NCBI RefSeq assembly: GCF_000172995.2
Contig: NC_014735.1
Location: 240,001 to 272,000, forward strand
Direction: 5' to 3'
Source of the DNA: Halogeometricum borinquense DSM 11551
GTDB taxonomy: Archaea; Halobacteriota; Halobacteria; Halobacteriales; Haloferacaceae
Length of the DNA: 32,000 nucleotides
The translations under genes were made by a program, and so were the position numbers. The notes below the pieces were generated by a model. The model did not search any database. It was given only the letters and a program-made list of their open reading frames with translations, and had not been told where the DNA came from. This document shows positions 16,391 to 25,072 of this stretch, piece by piece. The first letter of the stretch is position 1, and every line of letters begins with the position of its first letter.

Positions 16391-17400
16391 TGCTGGGGAT
16401 GGGTCTGTCTCCGCTTCAGACCGGGACGCCGGATTCCCTTCTCGCCCCGCTGTATTGGATTCTCCAGTTCTGGTCGGGGATTATGACGTGGCTCGCACAA
16501 TATACCGGCCTCGAGTTGCTTCAGTACGGGTTCATGCACCGCGCCATTCTCGTCGGGTTGTGTATCGGCGTGATGGCACCGCTTATCGGGACGTTCCTCG
16601 TTCACCGTCAGTTAGCGTTGATCGGTGATGCGCTCGCCCACACCGGTTTCGCTGGGGTCGCTGTCGGATTGTTCCTCAACGCCGTCCTCGACCTCGGCGT
16701 CTCGCCGTACCTGACCGCGGTTATCGTCGCCATGATTGCCGCCTTGCTCATCGAACTTATCTCGGAGGCCACAGACGCCTACAACGACGTTTCGATGGCA
16801 ATCGTCCTCTCGACTGGATTCGCTTTGGGGACGACCTTGATCAGCATCAACGCCGGCGGTCTCGCCGTCGGTGTCAAGCAGTTCCTCTTCGGCAATCTCT
16901 CGACGGTTTCGCCCGACAGCGCCGCAATATTGCTGGTGTTGTTCGCCGTCATCATCGGCGTCGTCGGACTCACGCGTAACCAGTTGCTGTACGTCACGTT
17001 CGACGAGACTGCGGCGGCGGTTTCGGGACTCTCGGTAAGTTGGTACAACCGAATTATGGTGATGCTGACCGCGATGGTTGTCGTCGGCGCGATGCAGATC
17101 ATGGGTGTCATCCTCGTTGCGGCCATGCTCGTCGTTCCCGTCGCCGGTGCAGCGCAGGTCTCCCGCAGTTTCAACGAATCGTTGCTCGTGTCGGTCGTTC
17201 TCGCCGAACTGGCCGTCATTCTGGGAATCGGTGCCTCCTACTACGGCAAAGCGACGGCCGGGGGCGTGATTGTCCTCACTGCGGTCGCTATCTACATCGT
17301 CACTATCCTCTTGGGCAAACTTCAGACCGCCGTCGGTGAGGAATCGACGCCCGAAATGGGCAGCATCGACGTCGGACAGACCGAATCGGCCGGAGACTGA
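16390..17400 (+). CDS. Metal ABC transporter permease (ABC-3 / ZnuB family)
   Basis: 336 aa, highly hydrophobic and multi-pass. The ATG shares one nt with the upstream TGA. The hydrophobicity pattern is typical of ABC-3 permeases (LIGDALAHTGFAGVAVG). Confidence 0.9.
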   Translation: MLGMGLSPLQTGTPDSLLAPLYWILQFWSGIMTWLAQYTGLELLQYGFMHRAILVGLCIGVMAPLIGTFLVHRQLALIGDALAHTGFAGVAVGLFLNAVLDLGVSPYLTAVIVAMIAALLIELISEATDAYNDVSMAIVLSTGFALGTTLISINAGGLAVGVKQFLFGNLSTVSPDSAAILLVLFAVIIGVVGLTRNQLLYVTFDETAAAVSGLSVSWYNRIMVMLTAMVVVGAMQIMGVILVAAMLVVPVAGAAQVSRSFNESLLVSVVLAELAVILGIGASYYGKATAGGVIVLTAVAIYIVTILLGKLQTAVGEESTPEMGSIDVGQTESAGD

Positions 17401-17467
17401 AACGGTGTCTGCAACCAGACAGTAGGTGTATCGAGCCTCCAAACACCCGCCGTTCAGACAAATTGAG

Positions 17468-18187
17468 ATGAGCGAACCCGACTCAGATCCTCCGAATGCG
17501 ACGGACTCTACGCCCCCGCTGACGCCGAAGATGGAGGACTATCTCCGTCATATCTATCGACTCGAACAGGAGAGTAACAGTCGGGTTTCGAATTCGGATA
17601 TCGCTGATCGCCTCGGCGTTACGAGAGCAACAGTTTCGAGCATGCTCGACACGCTCTCGGAGTCCGGACTGATCGAACGCGAACGGTATCGTCCGATCCG
17701 ACTCACAGACGACGGGGTCGAGCACGCACTGGGGGTGATCCGGAGGCACCGATTGGTCGAAACGATGCTCTCGGAACTGTTCGATTACACGATCAGTGAA
17801 GTTGACGCCGAAGCCGACGTTCTGGAACATCACCTCAGTCCTCGGCTTTGCCGAGAGATCGAACGGGAACTCGATATGCCGGATATCGACCCACACGGAG
17901 ACCCGATACCGGATGCGAATCTCGATATCCCCCACGCGGAGGACGCCACGTCGCTGGCTGAAGTCGCAGAATCGTCGTGCGTCGAAGTGACCCGGATCTT
18001 GACGCAGGACGACGAGACGCTCGAATATCTCGTCTCGGCCGGCATCGAACCGTCAGTTCGTCTCTGTCTCGACGAGAAGACTCCAATCGGCATGCTGACT
18101 GTCACTGTCGTCGAGACCGGACGACAGATGGGCCTTCCGCGACCGGTCGCCTCGCAGATTCTCGTCACCGCGGTCGATGGCGACTAG
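17468..18187 (+). CDS. DtxR/SirR/MntR-family metal-dependent transcription repressor with a C-terminal FeoA/SH3-like domain
   Basis: 239 aa from ATG 17468 (GTG 17426 is an alternative). Motifs: MEDYLRHIYRLEQ, wHTH NSDIADRLGVTRATVSSMLDTL, and dimerisation/metal region RRHRLVETML...HHL. The C-terminus VEVTRILTQDDETLEYLVSAGIEPSVRL looks FeoA-like. Confidence 0.85.
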   Translation: MSEPDSDPPNATDSTPPLTPKMEDYLRHIYRLEQESNSRVSNSDIADRLGVTRATVSSMLDTLSESGLIERERYRPIRLTDDGVEHALGVIRRHRLVETMLSELFDYTISEVDAEADVLEHHLSPRLCREIERELDMPDIDPHGDPIPDANLDIPHAEDATSLAEVAESSCVEVTRILTQDDETLEYLVSAGIEPSVRLCLDEKTPIGMLTVTVVETGRQMGLPRPVASQILVTAVDGD

Positions 18188-18331
18188 GCTGATTCTTGCG
18201 GTCAGAAATTGCGTGGAACTGCTGGATCGGATGATTTCAGGTTCTACGGGTCGGATTTACCGTTGTTGATTCGGTTTGTCGTCACTGCTCTAGCCGACAT
18301 TACTTCCCTCTAACCACATTTTTAGACTAGT

Positions 18332-18345
18332 CTAATCTATAATAT
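18332..18345. promoter_or_regulatory. Perfect 14-bp palindrome TTAGACTAGTCTAA, a second candidate operator with the same TTAGA-N4-TCTAA architecture
   Basis: The sequence equals its own reverse complement. A TATA-like ctataatata (18347-18356) follows immediately. It sits 145 nt downstream of the DtxR-family gene and ~380 nt upstream of pgpA. Confidence 0.4.
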
Positions 18346-18726
18346 AGATGAATAGAATTAAGTTGTTGTATGCCTGATTACTGATTGCGTTCCGATGATC
18401 TCGGGACGCGAGCAGTATCGAGTGCCAAGTGAGTTCCTGCAACACGGGATGGTCGAGTTCGGACATTGGTTCCTCTCCCCGTGTTACTATCCTTTCCATG
18501 CAACAGACAACTCTCAACTCCGCACGTCGTTCGCTTGCTTCCCCGCGTTTTGCCTGTCCGCTGCACATGGGTGGACCGCAGACTGGTAGGCCGTTATGAG
18601 CGCCTTCGCTACTATCGCGGTGACCACCATCGCCACAGCGAAGCAGCAAAATACTCTGGGGCGAAGATCACAACCACGTCGTGGACTCGGTGTCTCCGAA
18701 CTATCGTATTGGGGAGGGATCTCGAT

Positions 18727-19239
18727 TTGAACCGACGTGAGTCTCTCTTGACCGTCGGTGGACTCGGGCACGCACCCGTCGCTCCGGGGACGTTTGGCTC
18801 GCTCCCGCCAGTTGCGGTCGCTCTGGTTTTTCTGACGACACCGCTTCCGATCTGGCAACTGAACGTGGTTCTGCCAACTCTCGCGCTCGTACTCTCGGTT
18901 GCGTGCGTTCGATTCGGTCACTGGGCGGAGGGATACTGGGGATGCAAGGACCCGCGGACGGTCGTCGCAGACGAGGCAATAGGACAGACGCTTCCGCTGC
19001 TCTTTCTCCCGTGGCATCATTGGGGCTACGGGGAGATGGCTCTCTGGAACGTACTCCTCTTGTTTACCGCGGTGACCACGTTCCGACTGTTCGATGTGAC
19101 GAAACTCCCGCCGATGCGAATGCTCGAACGCCTCTCCGGCGGATGGGGAATCTTGATCGATGATCTCGTTGCGGGCGTCTATGCGACAGTCTTCTCGCAC
19201 CTGCTCATCCGATTCGTCTGGCCGCCCGTACTCGGGTAA
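18727..19239 (+). CDS. pgpA: Phosphatidylglycerophosphatase A (PgpA family)
   Basis: The core motifs are GGLGHAPVAPGTFGSL, VVADEAIGQ, FRLFDVTKLPP and GGWGILIDDLVAGVYA. There is no in-frame ATG near the conserved N-terminus, so the proposed start is TTG 18727 (170 aa). The start is uncertain. The upstream part of the 257-aa track ORF is basic and not protein-like. Confidence 0.7.
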   Translation: MNRRESLLTVGGLGHAPVAPGTFGSLPPVAVALVFLTTPLPIWQLNVVLPTLALVLSVACVRFGHWAEGYWGCKDPRTVVADEAIGQTLPLLFLPWHHWGYGEMALWNVLLLFTAVTTFRLFDVTKLPPMRMLERLSGGWGILIDDLVAGVYATVFSHLLIRFVWPPVLG

Positions 19240-19243
19240 ACAG

Positions 19244-20068
19244 CTAGTGAGACTGTTCAGCCGATCTTCCTCGTTGTTCGATCAGTTCTCGAACTTCTTC
19301 GATGAGACTGACGAACTCCGGTGCGGTTCGGTCGCGGGGGCGTTCGACGTCGATATCGACCGTTGTGATGCTGTCGTCGGGATTCGATCCGAGGACGACG
19401 ATTCGGTCGGCGAGCGTCACTGCCTCTTCGATTTCGTGGGTGACGAAAAGAATCGTCTTTTCCGTCTCCTGCCAGATGTCGAGGAGTTCTCGCTGGAGGT
19501 GGTCGCGCGTCTGCGCGTCGATACTCCCGAACGGTTCGTCTAAGAGAAGGATTTCCGGGTCAACCGCAAGTGCGCGAGCGACGGCGACGCGTTGTTTCAT
19601 CCCGCCGGAGAGTTCCTTCGGGTAGGCGTCTTCGAATCCGGTGAGTCCAACCAGATCGATGAGTTCTTCGACGCGCGCTGTGCAGTCCGGGCAGTCGCAG
19701 GCTGGTTGTTCCAGACCGAATCGAACGTTTCCCTCGACCGTTCGCCACGGAAAGAGGTTGTACTCCTGAAACACCATCCCGCGGTCGATTCCCGGTCCGG
19801 TGACTGGACTCCCAGTGACGAACACGTCGCCGCTGGTTGGCGGTTCGAGTCCAGCGACGATGCGAAAGAGCGTCGTCTTTCCGCACCCGGATGGGCCGAC
19901 GAGGCAAACGAACTCCCCATCCTCGACCGTGAGCGAAACGTCGCGGAGCGCATCGACGGTTTGTCTGTTGTCGTACCGCTTGGACACACCGCTGACTTCG
20001 ATTACTGGTGTTCCGGAACCCGTCTCGTTACGCCCGTCGCTTCCGTTCAGGGATGCCACGCGAACCAC
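19244..20068 (-). CDS. ABC transporter ATP-binding protein, NitT/TauT (nitrate/sulfonate/taurine-type) family
   Basis: 274 aa. Walker A is GPSGCGKTT, the signature is LSGGMKQR, and Walker B is ILLLDEP. The start is a GTG (20068 or 20059) that overlaps the permease stop. Confidence 0.9.
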   Translation of the reverse strand: MVRVASLNGSDGRNETGSGTPVIEVSGVSKRYDNRQTVDALRDVSLTVEDGEFVCLVGPSGCGKTTLFRIVAGLEPPTSGDVFVTGSPVTGPGIDRGMVFQEYNLFPWRTVEGNVRFGLEQPACDCPDCTARVEELIDLVGLTGFEDAYPKELSGGMKQRVAVARALAVDPEILLLDEPFGSIDAQTRDHLQRELLDIWQETEKTILFVTHEIEEAVTLADRIVVLGSNPDDSITTVDIDVERPRDRTAPEFVSLIEEVRELIEQRGRSAEQSH

Positions 20069-20892
20069 CTCGATTCGAGCGCCGCATATCCCCCATCAAC
20101 GCAGATGTAGACGGCACTGATCAACAGCATGTACGCCATGCTCCGCGCCATGTCGAGATTGTTCGAGGCGTTGAGAATCTCGTAGCCGACACCGGGCGCG
20201 CCGAACAGTTCCGCGCCGACGACGATCATGAGACACCGTCCGATGCTCGTCCGAAACCCGTTGACGATTGCGGGAGAGGCGGCGGGGAGAATCACGTAAC
20301 GGAGCATTCCGACGTGCGTCCGGATGCCGAGACTGGCAGCGACCTCCTTGTATCCGTCGCGGACACCGCGAACACCCGAGTACGCCGCATAGTAGTTGAT
20401 CCAGAGCGCGCCGATTGCGACGATAAACGTCGCACCGGTGTGACCGATACCGAACCAGACGATGGCGAACGCAATCCAAGCGAGTTCCGGAATCGGCCGG
20501 AGGACGCGGACGACCGGTGTCGCTATCGCGTCCGCTCGCGTGGCGTAGCCGATGACGAGACCGGCTCCGTTCCCGACGAACGCGCCCGCCAACAACCCCG
20601 GAACGAGGTGTAACGATGTCTGCGCGAGTCGCGTCATCGCGCGTGGGAGTTCGACAGTTCCGCCCGTCACCGGGAGTGAGAGTGGGGCGGTCGTGGTTAC
20701 CTCGGTTACGAGTGCCGAAAGAACCGGGAGCGGCCCCGGGAGGAGATACGTCGGTTCGACGAGCGCTGCGGCGAGCCACCATACGGCGAGGAAGCTGGTG
20801 AGTCCGATTGCACCCAAAACGGACTGGTTGACGTCCGCTTTGCGGCCGACGTTCAGTCCGCTCTCGACTGCCGGGCGTGTTCGGAGACTCAT
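20047..20892 (-). CDS. ABC transporter permease, NitT/TauT family (SsuC/TauC-like)
   Basis: 281 aa, multi-pass hydrophobic. It has an EAA-like loop region ([29 protein letters not shown]). Its ATG overlaps the SBP stop (ATGA). Confidence 0.9.
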   Translation of the reverse strand: MSLRTRPAVESGLNVGRKADVNQSVLGAIGLTSFLAVWWLAAALVEPTYLLPGPLPVLSALVTEVTTTAPLSLPVTGGTVELPRAMTRLAQTSLHLVPGLLAGAFVGNGAGLVIGYATRADAIATPVVRVLRPIPELAWIAFAIVWFGIGHTGATFIVAIGALWINYYAAYSGVRGVRDGYKEVAASLGIRTHVGMLRYVILPAASPAIVNGFRTSIGRCLMIVVGAELFGAPGVGYEILNASNNLDMARSMAYMLLISAVYICVDGGYAALESRWFAWHP

Positions 20893-21902
20893 GCGACGGT
20901 GTCGTAGACCGAAACGTCGAACAGTTCCGCTGCGCTCATGGCACCGTCGATGTTGCCGACCTCAGCGACGAACTTCGACATCGTCTCTGACTGGCTGGTA
21001 ATCTCGTGCGGGTCCGAGAGAAAGGCAGCGGCTTTCGACTGCATCGCACGCTCGGCGAGCGCTTCGTCGAGACCGAGAACTGCCGCTGCGTCCTGTGCGG
21101 CCCCAGTCGGGTCGTCGTACACGGCATTCGTCGCACGGATGTGCTGTTCCACGAAGCCTCGTTTCAGTTCGTTCGAGACGCTGTTTGCGACGAACGCGAC
21201 GGTCACGGGGTGGTCTGGGAGGACGGTGCCGGACCACTCGATTTGCCGATAGCCGTCCATTTCCGCAACCAACGTCGCGTACGGTTCTTGGACGGTCGTT
21301 CCGACGATATCGCCGGATTGTGCAGCCTGTGGCGTTTTCGCAGGTGGGACTTTCGCCTTGTTGACAACGTCTGTTGTCGCTCCGGCTTCGAGGTCTCGTT
21401 CGATCCAGTACCGGGTGATAATATCCGGAACGGAGCCATCAGGGGCGGTTCCCCAGATGGGCTTGGTTCCGTGATCGGCCGTATACGACTGGAAGGCGTC
21501 GCCACCGTCGTCGTCGTATCGGTCGGCAAAGCCGTCAGTTGCGATCATTTTGAAACCGTTCTTAGAGTTTGCGACGAGTACGTCGGCGTCTACGCCGTTG
21601 TCGGTGAGGACCATGGCGGGCGTGACGCCGAAGAAGCCGATGTCGAGGTCGCCGGCGGCGAATGCCTTTACTGCGGCAGGGCCAGAGGAGAACTCCGTCG
21701 TTGAGAGCTCCGCGTCGAGTTCGGCGTAGTAATCCCGCTCGCTCATGACGAAATGCTGGACGTTCGGATATATCGGCACCCAACCGACGTGTAACTGCTC
21801 GCTGTTTTCCTGCCCGCTTCCGAGTACTGTAGTACACCCGGAGAGCGCCGCTAGTCCTGCACCTGCCGCCGCTATCGTCTCGCGTCGTGACACTGTGGCC
21901 AT
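20889..21902 (-). CDS. ABC transporter substrate-binding lipoprotein (NMT1/THI5 / SsuA-like)
   Basis: 337 aa from ATG 21902 (GTG 21923 is an alternative). The Tat signal plus lipobox is MATVSRRETIAAAGAGLAALSGC. The body resembles SsuA/NMT1-type binding proteins. The substrate cannot be determined from sequence alone. Confidence 0.8.
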   Translation of the reverse strand: MATVSRRETIAAAGAGLAALSGCTTVLGSGQENSEQLHVGWVPIYPNVQHFVMSERDYYAELDAELSTTEFSSGPAAVKAFAAGDLDIGFFGVTPAMVLTDNGVDADVLVANSKNGFKMIATDGFADRYDDDGGDAFQSYTADHGTKPIWGTAPDGSVPDIITRYWIERDLEAGATTDVVNKAKVPPAKTPQAAQSGDIVGTTVQEPYATLVAEMDGYRQIEWSGTVLPDHPVTVAFVANSVSNELKRGFVEQHIRATNAVYDDPTGAAQDAAAVLGLDEALAERAMQSKAAAFLSDPHEITSQSETMSKFVAEVGNIDGAMSAAELFDVSVYDTVA

Positions 21903-22108
21903 CGGGTTATCAAATCCATCCACCTTTCTAATATATCTTATTACTTCATATCTTATTTTATTAATGCCGCTTGTTCTCTCCGAGCAGACTTCTACTGGCC
22001 GATAAGCATCGCCGAGACGAGTGACGATGGGGCAACGTGGTGATTCGCCTCCCCCTCACCCGTCTCCACTTCGGTTAATTCAAATTCGGCACGCCTGTAC
22101 GGAGGGCA

Positions 22109-23083
22109 ATGACAGACGACAGTAGTCGGGACCACGTTGTTCCCGGGAGTGACGAAGAGTTACAGACTCCGGACGTTCGTGGCTACGACTTCCGCGGGAC
22201 GTTCGATTTCGCTGAGATGCTCTCTTCCTACGAGACGACGGGCTTTCAGGCCACGCAACTCGCAGAAGCAGTCGAAATTGCAGAAGAGATGCAAGAGGCA
22301 GACGCGACGGTGTATCTCACGTTTACGTCGAATATCATCTCCTCAGGGCTCCGAGAGGCCGTTGCCTATCTGGTCCGAGAAGGCTACGTAGACGTTCTGA
22401 TCACGACTTCGGGGTCGATAACCGAGGACGTTATCAAGACGGCGAAGCCGTTCAAGATGGGCGAGTGGGATGCCGACGAAGCGGCGCTTCGAGAACAGGG
22501 AATCAACCGTCTCGGCAACATCTTCGTCCCCTCTGACCGATACGTCTGGTTAGAAGAGTACCTCTACGACTTCTTCGACGACTTCTTCGCGGAGAAGAAG
22601 ATCCGAACACCCACGGCGTTCGCACGCGAACTCGGCGAGACGTTGGACGACGAAGATTCCGTGCTCAAGCAGGCCGCGGATAACGACGTTCCGGTGTTCT
22701 GTCCGGCGCTGACGGACGCTGAAGTCGGGAACTTCCTCTACTACTACCGACAGGGATACGACTCCGAGGTCGGCATCGAGATTCTCGATGATTACGACAA
22801 ACTCATCGAAAACGGACTGCTCTCCGATACGACGGGACTCATCGCGGTCGGCGGCGGCGTTCCGAAGCACCACGCAATCATGACCAACCTCTTCCGCGGC
22901 GGAGCGGATTACGCGATCTATATCTCGACGGGGATGGAGGGAGATGGGTCACTGTCCGGCGCTCCGCCGAACGAGGCGGTGTCGTGGGGGAAGATCAAAG
23001 AAGAGGACAAAAATTACACCCAAATCGAAGCTGAGGCGACGTTGGTCTTCCCGATGCTGATCGCTGGAGCGTTCAAACAGTAA
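22109..23083 (+). CDS. dys: Deoxyhypusine synthase
   Basis: 324 aa. Family blocks are GFQATQLAEAVEI, TFTSNIISSGLRE, GINRLGNIFVP and the catalytic-lysine block AVGGGVPKHHAIM. The length is typical of archaeal DHS. Confidence 0.9.
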   Translation: MTDDSSRDHVVPGSDEELQTPDVRGYDFRGTFDFAEMLSSYETTGFQATQLAEAVEIAEEMQEADATVYLTFTSNIISSGLREAVAYLVREGYVDVLITTSGSITEDVIKTAKPFKMGEWDADEAALREQGINRLGNIFVPSDRYVWLEEYLYDFFDDFFAEKKIRTPTAFARELGETLDDEDSVLKQAADNDVPVFCPALTDAEVGNFLYYYRQGYDSEVGIEILDDYDKLIENGLLSDTTGLIAVGGGVPKHHAIMTNLFRGGADYAIYISTGMEGDGSLSGAPPNEAVSWGKIKEEDKNYTQIEAEATLVFPMLIAGAFKQ

Positions 23084-23119
23084 TCTACGCTGGGTCCTCC
23101 CCCAATCTCGGCAACGGTC

Positions 23120-23125
23120 TTTTTT
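23120..23125 (+). terminator. Oligo-T tract downstream of the deoxyhypusine synthase gene
   Basis: A T6 run (ggtcTTTTTTcgg) lies 37 nt after the stop codon. Archaeal RNA polymerase terminates at oligo-T tracts. No other support. Confidence 0.3.
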
Positions 23126-23218
23126 CGGCACTGCGACGATGGTGTCACAGCACGCTACGCCCAGAAGCCGCCGGAGAGCATTACATTAATCTGCCGTAAG
23201 ATATGATAATTGTCCTAT

Positions 23219-24241
23219 ATGTGTCCCCACTCAAAACAAGCGCCCTCCCGGAGTGAATCCGTGTCAACGGCGGAAACTGCGGATCGAGAGTCTACGGCCG
23301 CCGTTGCGGTCGAGGGTCTCACGAAGACGTTCGGCAGCGGCGCTGAATCGGTCACTGCCGTTGACGGCGTTTCGTTTACCATCGAGTCGGGTTCCGTCGT
23401 TGGTTTACTCGGCCCAAACGGCGCGGGGAAGACGACTACTATCAAATCGATTTTGGGGTTGGTACGACCCGATGCAGGGACGGTACGTATCGACGGAATC
23501 GATACTGCAGAGAACCCACGACAGGCGTTCAACCGGGTCGATGCGATGTTGGAAGGTGCCCGAAACGACTATTGGCGACTGACGGTTCGGGAGAACCTCC
23601 GGTACTTTGCGGCTATCGGTGGTGACGACCCAGCGGCAGTTTCTGACCGGCACGATCAGTTGCTCGATACGCTTGAGCTATCCGAGAAAGCCGACGAACC
23701 TGTTCGTGATCTCTCTCGCGGGATGAAACAGAAAGTCTCGTTGGCGAGCGTTCTTGCGAGCGATGTCTCTGTCGCGTTTCTGGACGAACCGACGTTGGGT
23801 CTCGATGTCGAGAGTTCACTGACGCTCCGGCGAGAGTTGCGACGTATCGTCGATGAGCGAGACTTGACGGTCGTTCTGTCGAGTCACGATATGGACGTTA
23901 TCGAGGATGTTTGTGATCGTGTGATTATCATGAGCGACGGAGAGATCATAATCAACAGCGAGGTAGCCGAACTCCTCGAACAGTTCGAGACGCAGCGGTT
24001 CCGAATCAGTCTCAACGACGTTGACTCGGACACGTTGTCTCTCCTTCGTGAGCGCTACGACGTTTCGGACATCGACCAGTTCGACCGCCGAACCCGCTTT
24101 GAGGTGACAGCCGATAACGAGACGTTCTACCGGTTGATCGATGCGATAGCCGAGGCCGACGTTACGCTCGATTCAGTCGAGACGATTCAACCGGATTTAG
24201 AGGACGTTTTCCTCGAAATTACGGGAACGGGGGACTCCTAA
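23219..24241 (+). CDS. ABC-2 type exporter ATP-binding protein
   Basis: 340 aa from ATG 23219 (alternatives are TTG 23210 and GTG 23261). Walker A is GPNGAGKTT, the signature is LSRGMKQK, and Walker B is VAFLDEP. A C-terminal accessory domain is present. Confidence 0.9.
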   Translation: MCPHSKQAPSRSESVSTAETADRESTAAVAVEGLTKTFGSGAESVTAVDGVSFTIESGSVVGLLGPNGAGKTTTIKSILGLVRPDAGTVRIDGIDTAENPRQAFNRVDAMLEGARNDYWRLTVRENLRYFAAIGGDDPAAVSDRHDQLLDTLELSEKADEPVRDLSRGMKQKVSLASVLASDVSVAFLDEPTLGLDVESSLTLRRELRRIVDERDLTVVLSSHDMDVIEDVCDRVIIMSDGEIIINSEVAELLEQFETQRFRISLNDVDSDTLSLLRERYDVSDIDQFDRRTRFEVTADNETFYRLIDAIAEADVTLDSVETIQPDLEDVFLEITGTGDS

Positions 24242-25035
24242 TGAGCTCTTCGAATTCTGGCACCGCCGGATACGGATCGCTCGCGTATGCTATCCTCTCC
24301 CGCGAAGTCATCAACTGGGCCCGTTATCCGGTTAATGCGGCCAGTGTCGTTTTCGGACAGTTCTTCTTTTTCGCGTTGATATTCTTCGGTGGACAGGCAG
24401 TCGGTAGTCAAGGCTTTTCGGATTCGGCTGCCGGGCTCGTCGTCGGCTACTTCCTCTGGTCGCTCGTTGGCCAATCGTATCAAGGAACAATCGGTATCAT
24501 CACCGAAGAGGCGTCGTGGGGGACTCTCGAACGTCATTTCATCAGCCCGTTCGGATTCAATCGGGTGCTGTTCATCAAAGCCATCGCGCGCATGCTGCGA
24601 GCGCTGTTTGTGTCGCTGGCCGTCCTCGCCATGATGGTGATTCTCACTGGCACCCAACTGCAGATGCACGTTATCACCGTCCTTTCGATTCTGCTACTGA
24701 CGACCCTGTCTGTCGTCGGTCTCGGCTTTGCGATGGGTGGCGTCGCGGTACTCTACAAGCGTATCAGCAGTTTCTCGCAACTGTTCTCGCTCGTCATTCT
24801 CGGTCTCGTCGGTGCGCCCGTTCTCGATATTCCGTGGTTGCGAGTGCTTCCAGTCGTCCAAGGGAGCGCGATGCTTCAGCAGACGATGCGGAGTGGCGTT
24901 CGTCTCTGGCAGTTCGATGGCATCGATATCGGGATTCTCGTCGGGGTCACGCTCGTCTATTTCGGAATCGGGTTCGCCGTGTTCCATCTCACACAGCGTC
25001 GGGCACGGAACGTGGGCGTTCTCGGTGATTACTGA
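24241..25035 (+). CDS. ABC-2 type exporter permease
   Basis: 264 aa with about 6 hydrophobic segments. The ATG shares one nt with the upstream TAA, which suggests translational coupling to the ATPase. Confidence 0.85.
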   Translation: MSSSNSGTAGYGSLAYAILSREVINWARYPVNAASVVFGQFFFFALIFFGGQAVGSQGFSDSAAGLVVGYFLWSLVGQSYQGTIGIITEEASWGTLERHFISPFGFNRVLFIKAIARMLRALFVSLAVLAMMVILTGTQLQMHVITVLSILLLTTLSVVGLGFAMGGVAVLYKRISSFSQLFSLVILGLVGAPVLDIPWLRVLPVVQGSAMLQQTMRSGVRLWQFDGIDIGILVGVTLVYFGIGFAVFHLTQRRARNVGVLGDY

Positions 25036-25072
25036 GGCTCCTGTCTCACTCGCGCGGACCTTTTTGCTCTGA

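Noticed and set aside
16612-17442. 276-aa ORF antisense to the ABC-3 permease gene
   Set aside because: It is a shadow ORF opposite a hydrophobic permease. The D/R/G-rich low-complexity translation is what the reverse complement of Ala/Val/Leu codons produces.
18332-18649. 105-aa minus-strand ORF in the repressor-pgpA spacer
   Set aside because: It would be transcribed towards the end of the repressor gene without any promoter-like element. Its composition is Cys/Arg/Gly-rich and non-acidic, and no motif was recognised.
18715-18735. gatttgaacc, which resembles the reverse complement of a tRNA T-arm (GGTTCAAATC)
   Set aside because: The flanking bases do not form the T-stem. No acceptor, anticodon or D arms can be drawn. 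The segment overlaps the start of pgpA.
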